From the IMG/VR virus record IMGVR_UViG_3300009446_000002, positions 1 to 56,410 of that record: a stretch of DNA of 56,410 bases. One strand, given 5' to 3'. The position numbers and the translations under genes are program-made. Positions within the stretch are counted from its first letter, which is position 1; every line of letters begins with the position of its first letter. The notes under the pieces were generated by a model that did no database searches, had not been told where the DNA came from, and saw nothing but the letters and a program-made list of their open reading frames with translations. Source of the DNA: a virus. Below, piece by piece: positions 1 through 9,271 of this stretch.

Positions 1-123
1 ACAACGGCTGCAGCACAAACCAGGGAAACTGTATAAATTTAACTGGCTGCGAATGCGATATAAGCTTAAGCGTTTCTGTTTCGAATTGCGTAGCTACTGC
101 TACACCTATAGGCGGTATAGGAC
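1..123. repeat. Terminal overlap, copy 1 (identical to 56288..56410); circular closure of the assembly
   Basis: Exact 123-nt identity read directly. It lies inside an ORF that stays in frame across the junction. Confidence 0.95.
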
Positions 124-569
124 CATTTACTTACGACTGGGAATTCGGCTTAACGAATACTTCTTCTAATGCACAGGCTTATAATGTAGACGGAAACTAC
201 AGCGTAACTGTTACAGATAACTTAGGCTGTACTGCAGTACAAAGTTTTGTAATTTCTGGCTGCGAATGCCTTTCTGGGAATGTAGACTGCGATATAGATA
301 TTATAACTCTAAATAATTCTAACTGTACAGTAGACGTAGAAATAAGCGGCGCCGATTGCTTAGGTAGTGGCGTTACTTATGAATTAAGGCAATACGACAA
401 CCCTATCGGATGCTTCGGCGGAACCTTACAAATAATAGAAGCTGGTCCAGTAACTTCTACTTCATTTACCCTAAATATAGATAGCGGCTTCCGTTACAGC
501 GTTCGACTTTATGACTGTAACGGGAACACCGTTTCGACTTCTATCTGTCTTCCTACTTCGAACTGCTAA
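1..569 (+). CDS. 3' part of the 1447-aa SprB-repeat, Cys-rich tail-fibre/adhesin-like protein (continues from 52513..56410 across the circular junction)
   Basis: Frame 3 is open from nt 3 to TAA 567-569. Nt 1-123 equal 56288-56410 and are in phase with the ORF starting at 52513. Encodes one more SprB-type unit (GGIGPFTYDW...NYSVTVTDNLGC). Confidence 0.8.
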   Translation, partial: NGCSTNQGNCINLTGCECDISLSVSVSNCVATATPIGGIGPFTYDWEFGLTNTSSNAQAYNVDGNYSVTVTDNLGCTAVQSFVISGCECLSGNVDCDIDIITLNNSNCTVDVEISGADCLGSGVTYELRQYDNPIGCFGGTLQIIEAGPVTSTSFTLNIDSGFRYSVRLYDCNGNTVSTSICLPTSNC

Positions 570-602
570 ATAATATTTTATAACTTTACAAAAAAACGTA
601 AT

Positions 603-1004
603 ATGAAAAATTTAATATTTATCCTTTTTATTTTTTCTTCTTCTACTGCAGTAGGTCAAAACTTAGACTTATTTAAAGAAGCGATTCTTTTTCACTTTGA
701 AGAACACGACCACCCCGAAATTCTTCCAAAGACTTCTATTACTTATACAATTTCATTAACCGAAGCCAGGAACAAAGGATATATCTTACAACTGGTTAAA
801 GGATTTTATACAGAAAGCGTAAGTAATTCAGATCGACTTTACGGCGACCATTATGTAATTATTCCTACTAATAAGGCGAACTGCAATAATTTCGAAATAG
901 AAGCCAACGGAAAAAAAATTCCTATCTGCTTTACTCTAAAAAGGTCTTCTAGAGTTCCTGGAAAAGTAGAACTTAATTTTTCGCTAAACTTAGAACACAT
1001 ATAA
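603..1004 (+). CDS. Exported hypothetical protein (Sec signal peptide, Gln at +1)
   Basis: N-terminus MKNLIFILFIFSSSTAVG|Q has an n-h-c signal-peptide layout. No other motif recognised. Confidence 0.6.
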   Translation: MKNLIFILFIFSSSTAVGQNLDLFKEAILFHFEEHDHPEILPKTSITYTISLTEARNKGYILQLVKGFYTESVSNSDRLYGDHYVIIPTNKANCNNFEIEANGKKIPICFTLKRSSRVPGKVELNFSLNLEHI

Positions 1005-1005
1005 A

Positions 1006-1410
1006 ATGATTATTAAAAAGCAGACAATACAGAACCCAATTATAGACATAATAGTAAGCGCTGCGCCTATAGTCGTAGAACTGGTTTTAAATTTAGAAAC
1101 GGTAGACGAAGCAGTCGCTAGAATATTAAGAAGGCATAGAGAACGAAAAGCAATTAGGAAAAAGCAAAAGTTTGAAATTCCGCTTTTAGGATATATCCAG
1201 GAACAAGTGGGAATAGAGAAAAGAAGATACGGAAGGACGTTAATTAATATAGCAGATAATTCGTTTTACTGCGGATATTACAGCGAAGAATTCGGCTGGT
1301 ATGTAGATTACGAAACGCAGCAAATATTAAGAATAGAGGCAATAGGCGAAGACGAAGCGAAAGTCTTACTTTCAGACCACCTAAAAAAAATAGGTTACTT
1401 AAGTATATGA
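1006..1410 (+). CDS. Hypothetical protein
   Basis: ATG ORF in a tight same-strand array. No motif recognised. Confidence 0.55.
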   Translation: MIIKKQTIQNPIIDIIVSAAPIVVELVLNLETVDEAVARILRRHRERKAIRKKQKFEIPLLGYIQEQVGIEKRRYGRTLINIADNSFYCGYYSEEFGWYVDYETQQILRIEAIGEDEAKVLLSDHLKKIGYLSI

Positions 1411-1622
1411 TTAGAAAATTAAAATTTAAGTACTACACAGGAAAAGAAAAGATCAACGGAAAGAATAGACTTTCTGGTCGTGTAAATGATTCTTTACTTT
1501 TTGATACTACAGTATTTAGGGACGAAGTAAATAACTACACAAACGTAGTAAGCGACCACCTGCAGGAAAAGGGAATTACTTTCTATTCTTTATCTATAAC
1601 TTCATATAAAAGGCTTAAGTAA
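1407..1622 (+). CDS. Hypothetical protein
   Basis: ATGA overlap with the upstream stop. Same-strand array. Confidence 0.5.
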   Translation: MIRKLKFKYYTGKEKINGKNRLSGRVNDSLLFDTTVFRDEVNNYTNVVSDHLQEKGITFYSLSITSYKRLK

Positions 1623-1853
1623 ATGGCAAAAATTATTGAAATTCCAGGAATGATATTCGTTAACGGAATGAACGACTTTAAAAGAATGCTTATAGTATAT
1701 CCAGACGGGAAAAGGGGAAAATTTGATTCTTCAAAATTTCCGCAGGGAATACTTAAGTCATATAAAGATCAAAGCGACTACAATAAAAATAAGTTAAGCT
1801 TCGATAAAAAATACGACTATATACACTTTGTAAAAATTGAAGACTGTAAATGA
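1623..1853 (+). CDS. Hypothetical protein
   Basis: Starts 1 nt after the upstream stop. Same-strand array. Confidence 0.5.
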   Translation: MAKIIEIPGMIFVNGMNDFKRMLIVYPDGKRGKFDSSKFPQGILKSYKDQSDYNKNKLSFDKKYDYIHFVKIEDCK

Positions 1854-2137
1854 TTATAATGAAAAACATATTTATATATATTGTCCCTTTAGTTCTAATG
1901 AACTGCTTTTCTGAAATGTGCAAAGACTTTGAAGAAGCAGGAATTACTTTAAACGAAGTAACAGTTAAGGGAATCACTTTAAACCCCTGCGGCTTAGACG
2001 ATATTTCTATAAAGCGATTAGCTGAAATAATAGAACCAGGTGAAACGATAAAAGTAGAATACAGTTCCGTCATTAAAGACGGAATTATAAATATGACTTT
2101 TGGAAATGGAAAAGGAAGAAAGGCAAAGGAAGAATAA
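1850..2137 (+). CDS. Hypothetical protein with N-terminal hydrophobic segment (possible signal or lipoprotein)
   Basis: ATGA overlap with the upstream stop. MIIMKNIFIYIVPLVLMNC... is a hydrophobic N-terminus ending in Cys. Confidence 0.45.
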   Translation: MIIMKNIFIYIVPLVLMNCFSEMCKDFEEAGITLNEVTVKGITLNPCGLDDISIKRLAEIIEPGETIKVEYSSVIKDGIINMTFGNGKGRKAKEE

Positions 2138-2579
2138 ATCTGCTATAGTAAAAATAGTAGACAATTCGATCGACGTAGATATAAAAAGAACGCTTAACGA
2201 AAAAGAACTTCTTCGCTATCGAAAGATTAGAGTAGAGGCGCTTTTTCGGGTTCTTAATGTTAGCGCAGAATGTAACGTAGTTTTCGAAGATAGATACAGG
2301 GGTGTTTATAATCCAATTACGAATACTTTAAGGGCAGGAAAAATTCGTTCCTTAATTGCGGAAGTAGCACATTGTAAACAGATGGAAGAAAGCGGAAAAA
2401 TAATTTTTTATTTGCGCGGAATTTTAGACTGGATTCGGGCGCCTTACTTTTCAAAAAAAGGCTATTCGAATGTTCAATATTCTACTTATGGTTCTTTAGA
2501 ATACGAAGCGCACAAAAAAATTGAAAAAGAACTTTACGAATATTATTACTTATTAATAGAAACCTTCGAATATGAGTAA
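2100..2579 (+). CDS. Hypothetical protein
   Basis: 159-aa ORF. Start is uncertain (ATG 2100 or 2106) and overlaps the upstream gene by about 35 nt. Confidence 0.5.
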   Translation: MEMEKEERQRKNKSAIVKIVDNSIDVDIKRTLNEKELLRYRKIRVEALFRVLNVSAECNVVFEDRYRGVYNPITNTLRAGKIRSLIAEVAHCKQMEESGKIIFYLRGILDWIRAPYFSKKGYSNVQYSTYGSLEYEAHKKIEKELYEYYYLLIETFEYE

Positions 2580-2775
2580 GCTACACTTCGAAAGATTACC
2601 GAAAGAAAAGCATTCAGAACTTTTAGACCTGGTTAAAAATAATATGAAAAAAAAGCTTAGGGAATTGCACGATAAATATAAATTAACGGACTTCGACTAT
2701 TCTGGCTGCTGCGCTGTAGATGGATTAATAATTCACTTAGAAAGATATATTAAGGCTGGATATTTTGGCAAGTAA
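2572..2775 (+). CDS. Hypothetical protein
   Basis: Short ORF overlapping its neighbours by a few nt. Confidence 0.45.
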   Translation: MSKLHFERLPKEKHSELLDLVKNNMKKKLRELHDKYKLTDFDYSGCCAVDGLIIHLERYIKAGYFGK

Positions 2776-2974
2776 AAACGAATTATATAAACACGTCATA
2801 GACGCTTATAAGATAGAAGAAGGAATCCAGAAAAAATTCTATCATATTCCATTAAAGCACCTGCAGACTATGGCTATTCTATACGACTACGCAGAAGGCG
2901 ACACCTACGCCACAATAGCCAAACGCTACAAAATAACAGCCAGGGCGGTCGAATACATTATAAAAGGAAGGTGA
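2765..2974 (+). CDS. Small helix-turn-helix protein (regulator or small-terminase candidate)
   Basis: TTG start. The C-terminus TYATIAKRYKITARAVEYIIKGR resembles a sigma-70 region-4/LuxR-type HTH. Lies just upstream of the head module. Confidence 0.4.
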   Translation: MASKNELYKHVIDAYKIEEGIQKKFYHIPLKHLQTMAILYDYAEGDTYATIAKRYKITARAVEYIIKGR

Positions 2975-3021
2975 AATGCACGTGATAGCGTGTATTTTAT
3001 GGGTTTTAATATAATTCCCTA

Positions 3022-3029
3022 TAGTTTTG
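3022..3029 (+). promoter_or_regulatory. Bacteroidetes-type -7 promoter box TAGTTTTG (TAnnTTTG), 5 nt before ATG 3034
   Basis: Exact TAnnTTTG in one of the few intergenic gaps. The upstream ATTCCCTATA (3014-3023) recurs at 43740-43749. Confidence 0.35.
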
Positions 3030-3033
3030 TTTT

Positions 3034-4422
3034 ATGGAAGAATTAGTAATTCCGATTTTAGAAGATATAGATTCTAGCGAATACTGGGGATTTAATGTAA
3101 AAACTTTAGTAGCTGCAGCTACAGGATTCGAAGGCGAAAGAATCCGAATTCCTATAAATACTTACGGCGGTTCTGTCTTCGAAGGCTTCGCTATCCATGC
3201 AGTAATAAAATCTTTCGACCAGGAAACTATAGCCGATGTTTTAGGCTACGTTATGTCTATAGGAACTTACATAACTACTGCAGCCGATAAGGTGACAATG
3301 CCTAAAGGTTCTTACTATATGATTCACGAACCATATAACTTCATAAGCGGAACTGCAGAAGAATCTAAAAAGAACTTCGAATTCTTAGACGGATTAGCGA
3401 ACACGATCGCGAAAGCGTATTCCGAAAAAGTAAAAAATAAGGCTGGTTTTAGCGTAGAGGAAATACGCGAAATGATGAAAGAAGAAACCTGGCTTACTGC
3501 AGAAGAAGCTTTCGAATTTGGCTTCGTAGATGAAGTAAGAAACGAAGAAGCTGTATTTAATAAATTTGACACTTCAAACTATAAAAATATTCCGATGAAA
3601 ATTAAAAAAATTCTTAATAAGAAAAAAGACACAAAGAACGGAACTTCTTTAGCTTCTGTTTTAAATAATGGAATCGAATCTATGATCTCCGACGACATGA
3701 CCAGGGCGGAAATTATTTCTGGAATGGCAGACGCGGCTGGCATAGAGTCTGGAACGGTAAACCAAATTTTAAACGGCGACATAGACTGCCCAGGCTGGGA
3801 AGACAGAATAGTGCCTTTCGCTAATTACTTAAATATTTCTCAACAGTCATTAGAAGACGCTGGAAAAACTGACGGATGCCCTTATGGGGAAACGGAAGAC
3901 AAAAAAGTCGAAGACAAAAAAACTACAAAAGACGAATTAACCTTAGCGCAAAAAGTTACAGCGAAAGTTAAAAATATTTTCGTAAAAGAAGAAAACAAAA
4001 AAGTCGAAGGCGTCGAAGAAGTTGTCGTAGAATCTGTGCAGGCTGCTTCCGAAGAAATAGCTTTAAATATGGCTTCGCAGCTTTCGGAAAGAGACGCGAA
4101 AATATCCGAACTACAGGAAACTGTAAACCAGCTTATCGAATCGAATAACGCTTTAGTAGAAGATTCGAACGAAAAAACTACACAGTTAGAAGAACTTAAC
4201 GAAAGGGCTTTTAATGATGGAAAGAAAAAAAGCGAAAAGAAGTCGCCTTCGACTATAAACATAATCGACAACAAAACGAAGCCTTCGCCAGAAAACAAAA
4301 AGAAGAAGAAAGAAGACGAAGACGAAAAGCCTTTAGCTGGCGGAATATTTATGCACACTTTAAAAACTGGGAAGAAAATTACCGTTTCTTCTTTCAAACA
4401 ATTAACTAATAAAGAAAATTAA
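3034..4422 (+). CDS. ClpP-like (S14) prohead protease fused to a coiled-coil scaffold-like C-terminal region
   Basis: GYVMSIGTYI (Ser) and YYMIHEPY (His) match ClpP-family catalytic motifs. The C-terminal ~270 aa are Glu/Lys-rich coiled coil. Confidence 0.8.
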   Translation: MEELVIPILEDIDSSEYWGFNVKTLVAAATGFEGERIRIPINTYGGSVFEGFAIHAVIKSFDQETIADVLGYVMSIGTYITTAADKVTMPKGSYYMIHEPYNFISGTAEESKKNFEFLDGLANTIAKAYSEKVKNKAGFSVEEIREMMKEETWLTAEEAFEFGFVDEVRNEEAVFNKFDTSNYKNIPMKIKKILNKKKDTKNGTSLASVLNNGIESMISDDMTRAEIISGMADAAGIESGTVNQILNGDIDCPGWEDRIVPFANYLNISQQSLEDAGKTDGCPYGETEDKKVEDKKTTKDELTLAQKVTAKVKNIFVKEENKKVEGVEEVVVESVQAASEEIALNMASQLSERDAKISELQETVNQLIESNNALVEDSNEKTTQLEELNERAFNDGKKKSEKKSPSTINIIDNKTKPSPENKKKKKEDEDEKPLAGGIFMHTLKTGKKITVSSFKQLTNKEN

Positions 4423-4427
4423 ATCCA

Positions 4428-5693
4428 ATGGAATTAGAAATCGGAAGCGGACAAAGCCTATTTTATGATAATACGGCGATGTCTCAAATGATTAAAATAG
4501 ATACTTCATCGTCTATGTACATATTCGACGAAGCTGCAATTATTACACCACGAATTGACCAGAACGCGTTAGGGTGTTACACATTTGTAAATGTAGGATC
4601 AAACGGCGAAGCTATCTTCGGTTCTTTTGATACGCCAGAATTTAACCTGCGAGGCGGTTTACAGTCGTGCGTTTGGGACCCGTTAAAGTGCGGAAATAAA
4701 TTTGGGTCTAAAAGGGTTCCTACCTGCCCAATTAACCACCAGTCGGAACTTTGTATAGACGTAGCCTGGAAAGGTTGCTGGTCTTCTTTGCTTGGTGTAG
4801 GAAATGGAAAATACGACTGGGATTCTACCCAGGGCGCCGCTGCGCTTTTAGCGAAGGCTATCGGAAATAAGTTAAGAGGAATTGGAAACGATTTCTACTA
4901 CCTTATGCACTTGGCAGGCCACCCAATGATTCAAAAAAGTTACGAAAATGGCTGGTATAAGATCAATGGAGTAGACCCGAAAAAATTCGAATGCTTTAGA
5001 CAAATGATGGCAGCCTGTAACGGCGGCTTCCTTACTATGGCAGACAGTCTTAGAAGCGTAGATAAGCTTCCGAATATGATGCTGAACATTCCCGACGCCT
5101 GGATAAGTGCAGACGGTTCTAAATTTATTGGCGACGCTATCGAATTATTTGACAGCCTTTGCGATAATTCTTCAGAAAAAATAGACGCTTTGGCGAAGGC
5201 TCCACAGAACGACAGAATGGCTTTGATCGGAGCCGCAAACCAGGACGGAAAACTTCTTATAAAAGTTTCGCCTTCTATCTTCGCAAGATATAAGAAGCAA
5301 CTGCAGCAGGAAAATAGAGGAATTCCACAGTCTTTCTATATTACGCTTTACGGCGAATCTTACGACTGCGACACTTGCGGCGACAGAATGGTAAGGGGCG
5401 CCCTTATGTACGACGACAAAATAGTCGTATGTATGGACGAGTGGAAGAAGTTCGACAGAATGTTAGGAATACATACACATAGAGCAATTTTAGCAGTACC
5501 AGGAGTTTTCGGAATTGCTTACGATGTTCTTCCAAGTGAAGAAAACGGTTACGGAATAGAGATAACCAAATGGAAAACAGACCCTTATAAGGGAATGACT
5601 TTCTTTTCTGGTGACTTCTGCGCAGGTCCGACAATTTTAGACACAGAATGCTTAACAATGGCGCTTAATATCAAAACGCCTAAAGCAGCTTAA
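4428..5693 (+). CDS. Major capsid protein candidate
   Basis: 421-aa ORF immediately downstream of the protease/scaffold gene. The assignment is positional only. Confidence 0.55.
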   Translation: MELEIGSGQSLFYDNTAMSQMIKIDTSSSMYIFDEAAIITPRIDQNALGCYTFVNVGSNGEAIFGSFDTPEFNLRGGLQSCVWDPLKCGNKFGSKRVPTCPINHQSELCIDVAWKGCWSSLLGVGNGKYDWDSTQGAAALLAKAIGNKLRGIGNDFYYLMHLAGHPMIQKSYENGWYKINGVDPKKFECFRQMMAACNGGFLTMADSLRSVDKLPNMMLNIPDAWISADGSKFIGDAIELFDSLCDNSSEKIDALAKAPQNDRMALIGAANQDGKLLIKVSPSIFARYKKQLQQENRGIPQSFYITLYGESYDCDTCGDRMVRGALMYDDKIVVCMDEWKKFDRMLGIHTHRAILAVPGVFGIAYDVLPSEENGYGIEITKWKTDPYKGMTFFSGDFCAGPTILDTECLTMALNIKTPKAA

Positions 5694-5705
5694 AAAACTT
5701 TGAAG

Positions 5706-6395
5706 ATGAAAAAGCAAATAATAAATTTAACTCTTTCCTTTATCGCTATTTATTTAGCGGTAAAGGGTTTTTTCGAACCTGCAGGGGCGGCTTTTGCTGC
5801 TTTGGGTTTAGGCGGAATCGACGCTACTTCTTCGGAAGGCTGCGAAGACTGCGACAGCGGATTAGCGCGTCTTTTGGTTTTGGAATGTGACGCTATCGAC
5901 TTAGACGCTACGGTCTTCGACCCAGAAACAGGCTGTATTACTTCCTTAGCAATTACAGGAACAGGATTAGGCGGACTTTATATTCCAGACAAAGACGACA
6001 CTTCTTTCTTAAATTTTATAGGAGAAAGACCAAACGACGGCGCTGTTCATAATGTGAATGTAGATGGATTTACAAAGTTTAAATGTTTGAATAAGAACAA
6101 AGTTTCGGAAGCAAATAAACTTAAGAAAGGCTGCTGTTTTATTCTCATAGCAGAATATAACGACTGTAATGTAATGGTAGCTGGCTTAGATATTATTTCT
6201 AACTGTTCAGTAGACGGCGAAGTAAGATTTTCGAAAAGAGAAATAAAAGGAACAGTTTCTTTGTACGGCGGAACGGGCGCAGACGAATCGAGAATGGAAG
6301 TAATTTGGTCTGGTCAACAAAGGTGCTTTACAGCGTTAGACCAGGACCTTCAAACTTTTGATGATATTTTAACGGCGGCTGGTGTAGCTGCGTAA
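5706..6395 (+). CDS. Hypothetical protein with N-terminal transmembrane or signal segment
   Basis: ATG 5706 (the track uses TTG 5700). N-terminus KKQIINLTLSFIAIYLAVKGFF is hydrophobic. Confidence 0.5.
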   Translation: MKKQIINLTLSFIAIYLAVKGFFEPAGAAFAALGLGGIDATSSEGCEDCDSGLARLLVLECDAIDLDATVFDPETGCITSLAITGTGLGGLYIPDKDDTSFLNFIGERPNDGAVHNVNVDGFTKFKCLNKNKVSEANKLKKGCCFILIAEYNDCNVMVAGLDIISNCSVDGEVRFSKREIKGTVSLYGGTGADESRMEVIWSGQQRCFTALDQDLQTFDDILTAAGVAA

Positions 6396-6405
6396 ATAAA
6401 AAAAA

Positions 6406-6846
6406 ATGGCAGAAAAAAAATACGAATATAGACTTAAGCAAAGAAGGAAGCCTGTTATTCTTCAAACGATATTCGGGCGACTTTTTAACTTAGGAACTAA
6501 GGGAGCGTTTACCAGAAATGTAGACGAAACGAAAGAAGGCGACGAAGCCTACGACCTAAAAGTCTATGAACCAGGACAGAAGGAACTGAAAGAATTCTAT
6601 AGTCGCGGAAAACAAAAGGTTGTTCTTAAAGTGGACCTATCGGAAGAAAAGGAATTTTTAGCCGAACAGGAAAGGCTATCTAGCCAGCATAAAGAACAAG
6701 TAACTACAGCAGAAAGCGAAAAGGCGGAAGAATTAAAGAAGCTTAAAGTTCAACTGCAGGAAGTACAGAAAGATACTAACCTAACCGAACAACAAAAATC
6801 GGCAAAGGTTAAAATACTACAGAATCAAATAGAAAAATTTAGTTAA
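6406..6846 (+). CDS. Coiled-coil Lys/Glu-rich hypothetical protein
   Basis: 146-aa ORF with heptad-like charged composition. Confidence 0.5.
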   Translation: MAEKKYEYRLKQRRKPVILQTIFGRLFNLGTKGAFTRNVDETKEGDEAYDLKVYEPGQKELKEFYSRGKQKVVLKVDLSEEKEFLAEQERLSSQHKEQVTTAESEKAEELKKLKVQLQEVQKDTNLTEQQKSAKVKILQNQIEKFS

Positions 6847-6864
6847 GATCAAAATGCTAAAGAC

Positions 6865-8253
6865 TTGTTTAAACTTTCAGAAAATTGCTGCGATAAGACC
6901 GACGTTAAAAAGTTTTCGCCACATAAAAAGGGCGGAAAATCATTAACGAAAAAGAATTCGAACCTGGAAAAGATTTTCGGTTTAGAGAACCCTATTCCAG
7001 ACGAACTTAAAGATTCGGAATTAACGCAGCAATTTTTTAAAACTTCGCCATATATTCCCTTTTCTGGGTCCGATAAATTTACTTCTCAATGCTTAGTGGA
7101 TAGGCTGCAGGATATGCGCTATAAATCACAGACAAAGGGCGCTGTAATGAAATCTATTAATACTTATTCTTTTAACGGTAGAATTAAAATGGTAAATTCT
7201 ATTGACAACGAATTCGACTTAGGCGTAGATTCTTCTGAATTAGTCGGCGCAGATCAAAAAATATATTTAGAATATCTTAAGGGAATAAATTTATTCGGAA
7301 GCACTTATAAGGATTTGGCTAAATGTTTGTCTAATAGCTGGCAGACCACAGGTAATGAATGGTTGGAATTAATTTTGGACGAAGAATACGGAAACAGGTT
7401 CTTCGGAATTTCTTACGTAAATCCTTCTTACATATGCTACAAAAGAACAGAAGCAGGCGAAGAACGATGGGCAGGAATTTCTAATTCATGGAATTTTGAA
7501 AACACCCAAAAAAATCCGCCGCGCGACGTTCCTATTTATCCGAATGCTGCAAGTTTTCCAGACGGAACAGTAAGAACTATCCTACACAAAAAAGACGGAC
7601 ATTTTAACTGGTACGGACGACCTAACGATATGGCCGCTTTTGTTCCACAATGGAATGAAGCTGGTATTTATGACTACTTAACAAAGGCTATTGATACAAT
7701 GTTTATCGGGCAGATCGCTTTAGAATATGAAGCAGACGGAAGAAGCGGCGGTCTTTTAGATGATGAAGACGCCAGGGCGAAAGGTTATTCTTCTTCTTTG
7801 GATAGAATAGAACAGCATTTAACGGTAGCTGGCGAACGTCCTACTTCAATGTTAATAATGAAACGACCTAAAGGCGCGAAGCCCTTTACTTTGGAGCAAA
7901 TCGAAATGATGACAAAGGAAGGCTTTGTTCGCGAAATAAAGGAAGAAATTAGAAACGATATAGTAATGCTAAGCGGATGGTCTTCGGCTTTATTAACTAT
8001 GGACCATAGTTCGGGTTTTAATTCTCAAATGTTTAAAGATATTTTTTCCGTTCTAAGCTGCACGACAGTCTTAGAACACCAGGAAGCAGTAGGCGACATT
8101 ATAAACACAGCCCTACAGATTGGGGCGGAATGGGTAGGAAACGAAGTAGCGTTTAATTCCTCTATCCAATTTATGTCGCCTGTGCAGAAATTAATAGACC
8201 AGAAAGTAGAAGAAGAAGGAAGAACAAAAATAAAAGTAGAAGAAATTGAATAA
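6865..8253 (+). CDS. Portal protein candidate
   Basis: The only ~460-aa protein in the head module. Acidic C-terminus. TTG start, with no in-frame ATG nearby. Positional inference only. Confidence 0.4.
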   Translation: MFKLSENCCDKTDVKKFSPHKKGGKSLTKKNSNLEKIFGLENPIPDELKDSELTQQFFKTSPYIPFSGSDKFTSQCLVDRLQDMRYKSQTKGAVMKSINTYSFNGRIKMVNSIDNEFDLGVDSSELVGADQKIYLEYLKGINLFGSTYKDLAKCLSNSWQTTGNEWLELILDEEYGNRFFGISYVNPSYICYKRTEAGEERWAGISNSWNFENTQKNPPRDVPIYPNAASFPDGTVRTILHKKDGHFNWYGRPNDMAAFVPQWNEAGIYDYLTKAIDTMFIGQIALEYEADGRSGGLLDDEDARAKGYSSSLDRIEQHLTVAGERPTSMLIMKRPKGAKPFTLEQIEMMTKEGFVREIKEEIRNDIVMLSGWSSALLTMDHSSGFNSQMFKDIFSVLSCTTVLEHQEAVGDIINTALQIGAEWVGNEVAFNSSIQFMSPVQKLIDQKVEEEGRTKIKVEEIE

Positions 8254-8872
8254 AGCGGACTACATAATAGGAGTAAGGGACGTATTTAATAATACTGACA
8301 TAAGCCAGGACGAAAGCCCGAAGAACGTCTGCAGATATTTAGATTGTGCAGTCTTAGCGCTTAAGAAATGTTTTGGAACTTACTATAAGCAAATTATAGG
8401 AAGCATAGCGGAATATAAAACTGCTGTTCTTTGGTGCCCAGAACTTTTCACGATCGGAAAAATAGTCTATTATGAAGGCTGCTATTACGAACGAATCGAA
8501 GAAGAAGAACACGACGTAGAGCAGGCGCCTTACTGTTCTGCAGGCTGGAAGAAGTTAGATAAGTTTAAATCTGAATGTTTAAATGAAATTTGGAACGAAC
8601 TTTCGAAATATTTATCTGCAGTAGTTCACTATGAAGCCTTTCCTTTTTTGGAATCTACGAACGATACAGACTTAGCGGCGGACTGGTATAATATAAAGAT
8701 CAGAGCGCTACAAAAGCAATGCAATAAAAGGCTGCAGATTTTGAAAGATAGAATTATAGAGATTTGCGAAGAAGGTCGCTGCCAGGAATTTTTACAAATA
8801 GATTTTGTAAACGATGTTTGCGGCAAAGCAGAATGTAAAACAGATAGTAACGGCTGCGTAGGATGGAGATAA
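8246..8872 (+). CDS. Hypothetical structural-module protein
   Basis: TTG start overlapping the upstream stop. 208 aa. Confidence 0.5.
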   Translation: MNKADYIIGVRDVFNNTDISQDESPKNVCRYLDCAVLALKKCFGTYYKQIIGSIAEYKTAVLWCPELFTIGKIVYYEGCYYERIEEEEHDVEQAPYCSAGWKKLDKFKSECLNEIWNELSKYLSAVVHYEAFPFLESTNDTDLAADWYNIKIRALQKQCNKRLQILKDRIIEICEEGRCQEFLQIDFVNDVCGKAECKTDSNGCVGWR

Positions 8873-9252
8873 TAAAAAGAAATATTCCTTACGAAGTAAG
8901 GATTCGAAAAGCGATCAAAAAAAAACTAGCGAAGGGTTTTTTAGTAGTTGAAATGTTAGAAGAAGATTCGCCCTTAATTCCTTTTCGATTAAAAAAATGT
9001 ATGGGAAACGAAGCCGAAGGAATTCCGCCCTGTATGTTTTACGATTTTCTTCGCGACGAATGCAAAAGCTGCGGCTGTATAATTGAAGATAAAGTAAAAA
9101 CGAAGACACAGCGCGACAGAGGATTAGGAAGTTTTACTTCTTTGCTTTCTGGCGGCGAAATAACCCAGACACATTGCCCAGAAGGAAGATGGAACGATAA
9201 AACAGAAGCTAATTTTTACAGAAAGAAAAAGGGACAGCCTTTAATTAAGTAA
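8863..9252 (+). CDS. Hypothetical protein with Cys cluster
   Basis: 129 aa. Contains CMFYDFLRDECKSCGC...HCPEGRW, a possible metal-binding cluster. Confidence 0.5.
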   Translation: MEIIKRNIPYEVRIRKAIKKKLAKGFLVVEMLEEDSPLIPFRLKKCMGNEAEGIPPCMFYDFLRDECKSCGCIIEDKVKTKTQRDRGLGSFTSLLSGGEITQTHCPEGRWNDKTEANFYRKKKGQPLIK

Positions 9253-9271
9253 TTTTAAAAAAAACAATATT

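Noticed and set aside
1-123. The terminal repeat as a genuine direct terminal repeat (T7-like physical ends)
   Set aside because: The repeat lies in the middle of a long ORF that is in frame across the junction, so it is better explained as assembly closure.
3882-4397. 171-aa minus-strand ORF. Similar ones occur at 3324-3572, 3579-3782, 13787-14200, 17013-17447, 22212-22673, 32622-33005, 41008-41433 and 53887-54354.
   Set aside because: All lie entirely within + strand genes. They have Ser/Phe-rich low-complexity products, no upstream intergenic space and no promoter-like boxes. Every supported gene in the genome is on the + strand.
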